Below are positions 1 to 7,635 of a stretch of DNA of 64,000 nucleotides, piece after piece (the stretch's first letter is position 1; every line of letters starts with the position of its first letter). The stretch is taken from the IMG/VR virus record IMGVR_UViG_3300042868_007959, positions 186,001 through 250,000 of that record; one strand, 5' to 3'. Made by a program: the position numbers and the translations under genes. The notes beneath the pieces are model-generated. The model was given only the letters and a program-made list of their open reading frames with translations. It was not told the DNA's origin and ran no database searches.

Positions 1-86
1 TGAACATCTTGTATATCTTGAGTGGAAATACTTTCTATTAGAATATTTATATCTTCTATAGTTTTTAAATACTTATTTATATCCAT
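1..86 (-). CDS. 5' end of a late gene running off the left edge (MDINKYLKTIEDINILIESISTQDIQDV...)
   Basis: ATG at 86-84, frame open to the window edge, ATATTTAT motif at 102-109; not in ORF track. Confidence 0.6.
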   Translation of the reverse strand, partial: MDINKYLKTIEDINILIESISTQDIQDV

Positions 87-122
87 AACATATTTTTATA
101 TATAAATATTCTATTTTTTAGT

Positions 123-263
123 TTATTCTTTTGGTATTAGATAATCTATATAATATTTACGCATATAAGTTGGCATAATCAGAATATCTGAATATGAAAA
201 ACCTCTATTAACTAAAAATAATATCTCCCTAAGAAGATATTGTTGATGGTTAGATGTCAGGCC
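123..263 (-). CDS. T4 gp51-like / tail-chaperone C-terminal extension, probably reached by frameshift from the upstream gene
   Basis: GLTSNHQQYLLREILFLVNRGFSYSDILIMPTYMRKYYIDYL has the MPxxxR+++ motif; no convincing independent start outside the upstream ORF. Confidence 0.55.
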   Translation of the reverse strand, partial: GLTSNHQQYLLREILFLVNRGFSYSDILIMPTYMRKYYIDYLIPKE

Positions 264-1026
264 AAAATAAATTTTTATTGATTCTAAGAAAGGTATTAAC
301 GGACTCTCCCCCCTGAGTCCTAGCAATGACATTAAAATTAATTCCTGGCTCAATCTCTAACAAATACTTATTAAGATTTCTAATATCCATGATAGGTAAC
401 GCTTTTAAAATATTGGATATTTTAATCTTATCTCTTTCACCGTCTATATCCATTATCGATCTTTCTAATCTTAAAGTTGTTTTAGTAGAAATTTCATTTT
501 TAGACCTTTCCATAATTTGTTGATCTAAAATTTCTATTTCTTCCTCATCTTTACCTGTCAATAATCTAAATTTTAAATTTTTATTTGATTTAGGAAGAAT
601 GAAATCAAATAACCCATTTTCGTCTGGTTTAACAGTTAATTTTTTTTGTTCTAAAGTAGATAAATCAACCTCCCCTTCTACCACCTTTTTAGAAAAAGGA
701 TCAATAATAGGTTGTATATATTTTTCACCAAATGCAGAAACTCTTAAGAAAATAATTATTGCCATTCTATCACCTTCCAAAAGTAACTTATGATCAAATC
801 CTAAATCTTTAACTTTTCTTTCTAATAAAACATCTATAAGTTTCCCACTAGCCAATATATTTGGTGATGTCAATATGTTCTCATCAAAAGCAGTTAAGTA
901 TTCTACTTTAATTTTATCTTTTTTATTTGGGTATAATAAACCTTGTGAAGGTAATTCTATTATATCGTAAGGTACCTTATAATCTTCAGGTACAAAGTTT
1001 GGGTCATTAAAGCTATTTTTATCCAT
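250..1026 (-). CDS. Baseplate hub / tail assembly chaperone, T4 gp26-like
   Basis: N-terminal PYDIIELPSQGLLYP...YLTAFDENIL, FRLLTGKDE, C-terminal FWP; tail-gene context. Confidence 0.65.
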   Translation of the reverse strand: MDKNSFNDPNFVPEDYKVPYDIIELPSQGLLYPNKKDKIKVEYLTAFDENILTSPNILASGKLIDVLLERKVKDLGFDHKLLLEGDRMAIIIFLRVSAFGEKYIQPIIDPFSKKVVEGEVDLSTLEQKKLTVKPDENGLFDFILPKSNKNLKFRLLTGKDEEEIEILDQQIMERSKNEISTKTTLRLERSIMDIDGERDKIKISNILKALPIMDIRNLNKYLLEIEPGINFNVIARTQGGESVNTFLRINKNLFWPDI

Positions 1027-1062
1027 ATTATAAAACTATTTATTAATTATTAAAAGTAAATA

Positions 1063-3231
1063 TTATACTATTTCTATTGGTTCAACAAGAACTTCTATTT
1101 TACCAAACATTTTATCTAATTCATTTTGATCGATAACTTTATTGGTATCTACATCATCATCAAAATCGTCTGGATCTACAATTATACCACCTTCTGATCC
1201 TGCATCAACTTCTCTTTTCTTATTCCAATACTCTGAACAAGTTTGATCTAATTTATTTTCTAAATCTACTAATTTCCCAACAGATAAAGGTTTCCCATCT
1301 ACACTTGTTTTAGGTAAAAATCCCGCTATTAATTCGTCAACTGTTGGGACTTTGGGGAATGCACCACCGACCAATGGGGTATTTCTTAAAAAATCACTTA
1401 TGTCTTTGAACCATTCATTATCTCTTTCTTTACCTTTAAATTGTTCATTAGTTTCTTTTTCAAAATTTTGTAAAGATTCCTTTAAGTATTTTATACGCTC
1501 TCTTAATTTTGTAGATTTACCTTCTTTATCATTACAAAAATCTTCAATTTCTTTTTGATTCCATGAGGCAATATTTACTATATTATTATATTCTACACTA
1601 AATTCTTCTAATGCCGTCATATATTCATCTTTTTTATTAAAAAAAGCGTCTACTTTTTGGTTACATTCACTTATACAACTATTAGTATTAGCATTACCAT
1701 AACCGAATTTACTTTCACATTTTGATCTACATCTAGCGTAACCAATTTTCCTTAAATTTTCTAAATCTCTTTTAACAGATTTCAGTGGTTCTACTACTAA
1801 AAATCCTAAAGGATGATACTTCCATAGTTTACTATTACCATAATCGGCACCTGCAGTCATTATTAAGGATTCTGAATCAGGTAAACTACCTCTTTGGGTT
1901 GATACATAAATTTCATTTAAACTAATTAAAGCGACTTGTTCTACCACAATTATTCTAAGGACATCTTCTATATTTTTCATTCTTTTACCTGACCAACCTT
2001 CAGCATTTTTAGGCATGTTATAGTCAACAAAACTAAATCTTTTATTACTATATAACTTTTTTCCTGAAGTAAGAAAACGAACCACTTTTAAACTTTCAGA
2101 TATTGTTGGGAATATATATCTAAAAGTTTGTCCTAGTTTATCGTTAATTTTACCCGCAAAATTATTTTTTGGGGTATTGTCTACAATTGTTTTTTGTATT
2201 ATTGGGTTTTCACCACTAGTTGGATCTACGTCAAAGTCTTTAATAGGACTCGATGGTGGAGTAACATCTATAGGTTTTAAATTTTTCTGACTAATTAAAT
2301 TTAAATTATCATCAAATATCAATTCAAACCCCTCAACAATATTAACACTTCTATAACCACCATTTGGTAATTTTACTATTAATACTTTCCCACCGTCAAT
2401 TTCTTTTGCTAATCCTTCAGGTGTAATACTTCTCCCTTTTCCGTCACCTAAATTTTTAAGTGCTCGTTCAATAGCATCTATTATTTCACCTTTTATTACA
2501 TCAGGATTACCATTCGCATTTATTTCATCTGTTGTTGCTTTAGTTGGTCCAGCAGAAGAACCACCATCAACACCATCATAATAGTCATTTACTTCCTTAC
2601 TAGCACTATTAGGATCATATGTATCATCTTTTTTAATATTATCACCTTCTATTTTATAAGTTTCTATTTTTTCTTTACCACCCACAGTCTCTACTTTATG
2701 AACAACATTTTCACCTGTATTAGATTTAGTAACTATGGTAGTTTTAGATTTAGTTTTTGGTGGTGTATATTTACCTTTACTTTCTTTCCATAAATCAAAT
2801 ACCATACCTCTTAAATCACCTTCAGCGGGTAAATCATTTATCACCTGTAAGATTAATTTATCATCCGCAGTTTTTAAGAATCCACTATCTGACCATTTTT
2901 TAAATGATAAAATTGCGTCATTTGCGTAATCCCAGTTAATGCCCATAGATCTCCATAAAGATTTATAGTCGTTTAAATGTCTAGCTAAATCATCAAAAGT
3001 ATTAATTTCGGCATTTAAAAAATTAGTTGCAAGTTTTGGGTCAACATTTTTAATAGCTTTTGCAACTGAAGAACTAGCCGTCTCTAATGCATCAGATAAT
3101 CTTCTACCAATACCTTGTTCAGTTAATAGTTTATTTTCTTTTAAATTACCATATAATCTTTCCTCAGTAAATAAAGATTTAATTCTCTTCATTTCTTCAT
3201 TTAAATTATTATATTTTTTTTTCATATTCAT
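1063..3231 (-). CDS. Leader-bearing putative internal virion (ejected) protein, 722 aa; shares ~130-aa domain with 7636..10632
   Basis: LNEEMKRIKSLFTEERLYGNL leader, LLTE|QGIGRRL junction, Cys cluster CRSKC...CISEC. Confidence 0.6.
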   Translation of the reverse strand: MNMKKKYNNLNEEMKRIKSLFTEERLYGNLKENKLLTEQGIGRRLSDALETASSSVAKAIKNVDPKLATNFLNAEINTFDDLARHLNDYKSLWRSMGINWDYANDAILSFKKWSDSGFLKTADDKLILQVINDLPAEGDLRGMVFDLWKESKGKYTPPKTKSKTTIVTKSNTGENVVHKVETVGGKEKIETYKIEGDNIKKDDTYDPNSASKEVNDYYDGVDGGSSAGPTKATTDEINANGNPDVIKGEIIDAIERALKNLGDGKGRSITPEGLAKEIDGGKVLIVKLPNGGYRSVNIVEGFELIFDDNLNLISQKNLKPIDVTPPSSPIKDFDVDPTSGENPIIQKTIVDNTPKNNFAGKINDKLGQTFRYIFPTISESLKVVRFLTSGKKLYSNKRFSFVDYNMPKNAEGWSGKRMKNIEDVLRIIVVEQVALISLNEIYVSTQRGSLPDSESLIMTAGADYGNSKLWKYHPLGFLVVEPLKSVKRDLENLRKIGYARCRSKCESKFGYGNANTNSCISECNQKVDAFFNKKDEYMTALEEFSVEYNNIVNIASWNQKEIEDFCNDKEGKSTKLRERIKYLKESLQNFEKETNEQFKGKERDNEWFKDISDFLRNTPLVGGAFPKVPTVDELIAGFLPKTSVDGKPLSVGKLVDLENKLDQTCSEYWNKKREVDAGSEGGIIVDPDDFDDDVDTNKVIDQNELDKMFGKIEVLVEPIEIV
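2739..3120 (-). repeat. Dispersed coding repeat copy 1 (EQGIGRRL...KSK domain), paralogous to 10185..10563
   Basis: Long identical nucleotide runs, e.g. gcagtttttaagaatccactatctgaccatttttt in both copies. Confidence 0.9.
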
Positions 3232-3241
3232 ATATTTTATG

Positions 3242-3925
3242 TTAATGTTGTAATAATTTTAATATTTCTGTTTTATCCATACCCTTATTGAGAACATTAC
3301 CATTAACAATATTACTACTATTTAGATAATAAGTAAGGACATCACCAAATTTTAATACACCTGAAGGTATATTCATAGAACTAGATTCACTACTACTAAT
3401 TGTCACATCTACTAAACTACCTGAACCATCTTTCTTTTTAAATGGTGAATTTTCCCAATCAGAGCTACCTCCTTTAAAAACACCTACATATTTAAAGGTA
3501 GAGGTTCCGCCTTTTATTTTGATGTCGGTACCATCACATTCGTATTTTGATCGGTACATTAATTTTTTACTACCATTTTCTGGATTTAATAAAAAAGTTA
3601 ATATTAATTGATTATCGGAATAAAATGTTAAATGAAAAGTAGGTATACCACTTGTTTTATAATTACTTTTAGCCAATACGAAACAATCTTCTACAGTATT
3701 ACCAGCAGAAGCAACAGATATTCTACCACTTACATCTGATAAAGCTTGTTTTGTACATTTTATATTGTCGTTACTATCACATATATTTTCAGATTCAGTA
3801 GGATTAAAAACTTTATATCCATTAGATTCTAAATCTTCCTCACATTGTTCTAAATCTCCACCACATTGTTCTTTAAGCAACATTAAAGTTTTAATTCTAT
3901 TTAATTGCTCCGTTAAGTTCTTCAT
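3242..3925 (-). CDS. Leader-bearing putative internal virion protein, Cys-rich
   Basis: MKNLTEQLNRIKTLMLLKE|QCGG; six Cys. Confidence 0.6.
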   Translation of the reverse strand: MKNLTEQLNRIKTLMLLKEQCGGDLEQCEEDLESNGYKVFNPTESENICDSNDNIKCTKQALSDVSGRISVASAGNTVEDCFVLAKSNYKTSGIPTFHLTFYSDNQLILTFLLNPENGSKKLMYRSKYECDGTDIKIKGGTSTFKYVGVFKGGSSDWENSPFKKKDGSGSLVDVTISSSESSSMNIPSGVLKFGDVLTYYLNSSNIVNGNVLNKGMDKTEILKLLQH

Positions 3926-4085
3926 TAAATATTTTTTTTAATTCTTCTTTATATAATTGTATTTCTTCTTGTAAGATTTCAATACTCTCTTTATCATTTA
4001 TATTATAAATATTAAATAAATTATTAATTTCATCTAATCTATTTTTTATAATATCTATTCTTTCTTGTATTTCTAAAACTATCAT
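3897..4085 (-). CDS. Small acidic coiled-coil hypothetical protein
   Basis: ATGA overlap with the upstream stop; fills the gap in the operon. Confidence 0.5.
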   Translation of the reverse strand: MIVLEIQERIDIIKNRLDEINNLFNIYNINDKESIEILQEEIQLYKEELKKIFNEELNGAIK

Positions 4086-5920
4086 TTTTGATTTTTTAAA
4101 TAATCCTCTTGTTGTTGATTTAATAAATCTATTGCATCCGATCCTTTTTTACCGTCATCTACACCAGACACTGCATCCATCTCTTCTTTATTATCAACGT
4201 ATCTAACATTATCTTTTCTATTCTTTTCATCGGTAGGTGCCATTTCTATATTAGATACTTCTTTACCACTTATACTTTTATTCATTAAATCAGAAGTTTG
4301 TGTAGATAACCAATCCTTAAATTTTTTAGTTTGAAATTTAGGGTTATTTAGTAACCACTCTCTTGATTTTTTTATATCGTCTTCAGTTGGTATTTCTTCA
4401 CTTTTTGTCCAAGGTCTCCATCCTTTAGTATAAGCGTTATTAAGTAATGTATTATCTGTAATTGATCCATCAGAAAGAAATATTTCTTTAGTAGACTTCC
4501 AGTCATAACCATCATTTTTAATATTAGTTTGCACAGTTGGTTTAAGAGAATGTTGTACTAAATTAATTTTATCCGATAACCATTTAGCTACTTCAGGTTC
4601 ACTTAAAACCTCTGATAATATAACATACATACCTAACTCTTGTAAAGCTTCTTTTCCTGCAATAGTTTTCATATACGCATTTAATGATGTAACTACATCA
4701 CCATTATTTTGTAAAACTAAATTTTTAAAGTTTTTATTTTTTGAAACTGTAAGTAAGTTAGCCCTACCTACCCTACTTTCTATTTTTGTTAATGCGTCAC
4801 TGTAAATTTTTGCAGATTTAGGATCAATTTTAGCAAAATTATTAATTATATCGTGTCCGACTAATATCTCAGATTGATTAAGTCCGTATTTATCTGCAGT
4901 TTCTTTATAAATTTTTACTAATTTTTGATTTTTTACATCGGTTGATACATTTTTTAAAAGAGGTAATTCATTATCAACCCTTTTAATTACATCATCCGCA
5001 TACTTATAAACTTTAATATTTGCACTACCTTTAGTCAATATTCTATTAGTTTGACTAACACCTCCTCCTAAAAATCCACCAAAAAGTGTTAACCCACCAG
5101 CGAGTATAGCGGCATCTCTTTCTTCTTTTGTTTTCGCATTAAAAGCCTCGACACCATATGTAGAAGCATTCGCAAAATCTATTCCCGCACTTAACGCTAA
5201 CCCAACTCCTGGTATTGCTAGTACTGCAATAGAAGCGATATCCAAAGCACAATGATAGTCACTAAAACAATCCCCAATATACTCCCATACACTGGTAGAT
5301 TTTTCATATTGATTTAAAGTTCCCTTATTGTATGAAATATCATAACTAGCAATTTTTTGTATTCTGTTTTTTATTTGACTGTAATTATCTGACCCAAAAT
5401 ACTTAGTAAAAAAGTTCCACCAACCTTCAGGAAAATAAGACGACCTCCAAGCATTTTTATCATACTTAAAAGTTGCTTCTAATTCTTTTTGAATTTTTCC
5501 CCACTGAAAATAAATAGTATCATTATTTGCGATATCAGATGCTCTCTGTTTACCTATCATTTTATCCGATATTTGATCAGCCAAATCACTGAAATCTTTT
5601 GCAACATATAGTCCACCTCCCGCTGCCACATTACATGTACCTAATTCCGCTTTTGAAATACAAACATCATACATACCTTTGGTACCTGTAATTACTTTTT
5701 CAGCGATATAAACATTATTTAATTCCTTTATAGCATTTAATGCTGATTGAGCAAAAACATGATTGGCAGACAATGAACCACCTATTAAATAATTGGGCCA
5801 ACCATTACTTCTTAAAAAATTTTTAGTAGATTCAACCTCATTACTAATAGATGATTTAGTTTCTTCTTTTAAAAATATTCTTTTATATTGATTTTCCGTT
5901 ATGAAAATTTTTTTTTTCAT
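4082..5920 (-). CDS. Leader-bearing protein with pre-toxin-TG-like hydrophobic hairpin
   Basis: ITENQYKRIFLKE leader; ALDIASIAVLAIPGVGLALSAGIDFANASTYGVEA...AAILAGGLTLFGGFLGGG. Confidence 0.55.
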   Translation of the reverse strand: MKKKIFITENQYKRIFLKEETKSSISNEVESTKNFLRSNGWPNYLIGGSLSANHVFAQSALNAIKELNNVYIAEKVITGTKGMYDVCISKAELGTCNVAAGGGLYVAKDFSDLADQISDKMIGKQRASDIANNDTIYFQWGKIQKELEATFKYDKNAWRSSYFPEGWWNFFTKYFGSDNYSQIKNRIQKIASYDISYNKGTLNQYEKSTSVWEYIGDCFSDYHCALDIASIAVLAIPGVGLALSAGIDFANASTYGVEAFNAKTKEERDAAILAGGLTLFGGFLGGGVSQTNRILTKGSANIKVYKYADDVIKRVDNELPLLKNVSTDVKNQKLVKIYKETADKYGLNQSEILVGHDIINNFAKIDPKSAKIYSDALTKIESRVGRANLLTVSKNKNFKNLVLQNNGDVVTSLNAYMKTIAGKEALQELGMYVILSEVLSEPEVAKWLSDKINLVQHSLKPTVQTNIKNDGYDWKSTKEIFLSDGSITDNTLLNNAYTKGWRPWTKSEEIPTEDDIKKSREWLLNNPKFQTKKFKDWLSTQTSDLMNKSISGKEVSNIEMAPTDEKNRKDNVRYVDNKEEMDAVSGVDDGKKGSDAIDLLNQQQEDYLKNQK

Positions 5921-5931
5921 ATTACTATTAG

Positions 5932-6972
5932 TTATTTAACTTTTGGTTCGACTCTAAATGTACAATCATTAAGATTATTATCTGCATCTATAATTGTAAT
6001 ATTATGTTCCGATGGTTTTAAATTTAATGTAGTATATACCGCATTAAGTGAATCTGATCTAAAACTAATTTTTATTTTCCCGTTTTGAGGATTTTCTTTT
6101 TTCTGCATAAAAGTATAACCTCTTTCACCATTAAATTTATATTGGTTTCCTGTAATTTTCTTTATTTTACCAATTACCCTACCTCTAGTATCTTTGACAT
6201 CATATTTTTGACCTTCTACTCCTTTTGAAACTGAGGCTTCCCCACTTCTATAATCAGATATATATTTATTCTCCTCAAATGAAGATATCATAGTCATAAG
6301 TTTTTCATTACCCTCAAATTTATTATAGAAATTAGCCATACATCTCTCTACAGTTTTATATGCATCTGGATCAAACCCAAATTCTTCTAAATCTCCAGGA
6401 CCAGCCCCTTTAGACCAAGCTTTATACATTGCTTTAAGATGTTCTTTACAACTATCTATATTATTGCTAATATCTTTTCTATCTACTTTTACGTCAGTTT
6501 TAATATCTTTTTTGATACCTTTACCTTCTTTTTTGGACATAAACTGTAATTCCGCATCTTTTGTAATATAAATTTCTACGGGTGTACCACTATCATCATT
6601 AACTCTTTTTTTAACATAATACATATCTTTACCTGGTTTTGGTCTAGATACTGTCCCTAACTTCAATTTAATGTCAACAAATGACATTCTTTTCACATAA
6701 GTCTTTCCACCAATAACTTTTTGTTCATAGAAATCTAATGAATCACTTTCACTCCCTTCTATTTCTTTTTTCTTTTCATCTGTTAATTCAACAAATCCTT
6801 CAGGAATGTTCGGATTAGGTTTACCATCATCCTTTTTACCATCATCCTTCTTATCATCATCAACTGGTTTATCATCCTCACCTTCTACTAAATTCCCAAA
6901 CAATCTCTCTTCAGTAAATAAAGATTTCATTCTCAGTATTTGTTCATTTAAATTTAAAATATTTTTTCCCAT
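5932..6972 (-). CDS. Leader-bearing putative internal virion protein
   Basis: LNEQILRMKSLFTEERLFGNLVE leader nearly identical to that of 1063..3231, then a D/K-rich linker; late motif at 7005-7012. Confidence 0.6.
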   Translation of the reverse strand: MGKNILNLNEQILRMKSLFTEERLFGNLVEGEDDKPVDDDKKDDGKKDDGKPNPNIPEGFVELTDEKKKEIEGSESDSLDFYEQKVIGGKTYVKRMSFVDIKLKLGTVSRPKPGKDMYYVKKRVNDDSGTPVEIYITKDAELQFMSKKEGKGIKKDIKTDVKVDRKDISNNIDSCKEHLKAMYKAWSKGAGPGDLEEFGFDPDAYKTVERCMANFYNKFEGNEKLMTMISSFEENKYISDYRSGEASVSKGVEGQKYDVKDTRGRVIGKIKKITGNQYKFNGERGYTFMQKKENPQNGKIKISFRSDSLNAVYTTLNLKPSEHNITIIDADNNLNDCTFRVEPKVK

Positions 6973-7027
6973 AATTTTTCTATTATATACAATTATTCTA
7001 ATAAATAAATATTAGATAAAAATAAAA

Positions 7028-7049
7028 AATCCCACCTAAAGATGGGATT
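7028..7049 (-). terminator. Likely intrinsic terminator after tail tube gene
   Basis: aatccca-cctaaaga-tgggatt stem-loop with T-run on the minus strand. Confidence 0.55.
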
Positions 7050-7075
7050 AATTAAAATATATGTCATTCTAAAAA

Positions 7076-7564
7076 TTAGAATACACTTATTGCTCTATCA
7101 AAACGAAGTGTTGCAGTAATATCTGCCAAATCAGAAGATGAATAATCTAATGACCCAAAGTCCACATCGTTTAATTGTGTCCCTTGTAAAATCCATTTTT
7201 GAACCACTACACCTGTTGGGTCTAACATCTCTAACTCTATGTCTTTCTTATAACCTGCAGCATAACCTTGTCTACCTGTTACAGATTCAGAGTGTAAACG
7301 AACCCACTCCATTAACGCCTGAGTCGCAGAAGGACCAATAGGGTCTCTAAAAGTTACAGAGATTGATTCCCAGTTAAATCTACCAATTACATATGTAGAA
7401 GTATTTAAAAAAGGTATCTCCACCTCTTGACTCGTATATTTTGGTCGGCTAGTTGTAGATACCCACCATTCTTGAATTCCCAATTCATCTGGAAATCTCA
7501 AAATAAACCTATTCTTTCTTAGCGGTTCGTAAGGAACAGGCATTCTCATTAATAAATCAGCCAT
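7076..7564 (-). CDS. gp19: Tail tube protein (T4 gp19-like)
   Basis: EPLRKNRF, GRFNWESISVTFRD, YKKDIELEMLDPTG, W.LQG, L.FD; near sheath gene. Confidence 0.9.
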   Translation of the reverse strand: MADLLMRMPVPYEPLRKNRFILRFPDELGIQEWWVSTTSRPKYTSQEVEIPFLNTSTYVIGRFNWESISVTFRDPIGPSATQALMEWVRLHSESVTGRQGYAAGYKKDIELEMLDPTGVVVQKWILQGTQLNDVDFGSLDYSSSDLADITATLRFDRAISVF

Positions 7565-7610
7565 CTTAATTTTTTTTTAATTTTTTTTTATTAGTTGTAT
7601 TATTTATTAT

Positions 7611-7618
7611 ATAAATAT
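7611..7618 (-). promoter_or_regulatory. Putative late promoter ATATTTAT upstream of tail tube
   Basis: Same 8-mer on the sense strand upstream of many structural or leader-bearing genes. Confidence 0.65.
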
Positions 7619-7635
7619 TGAATTTTTAGAAAAAT

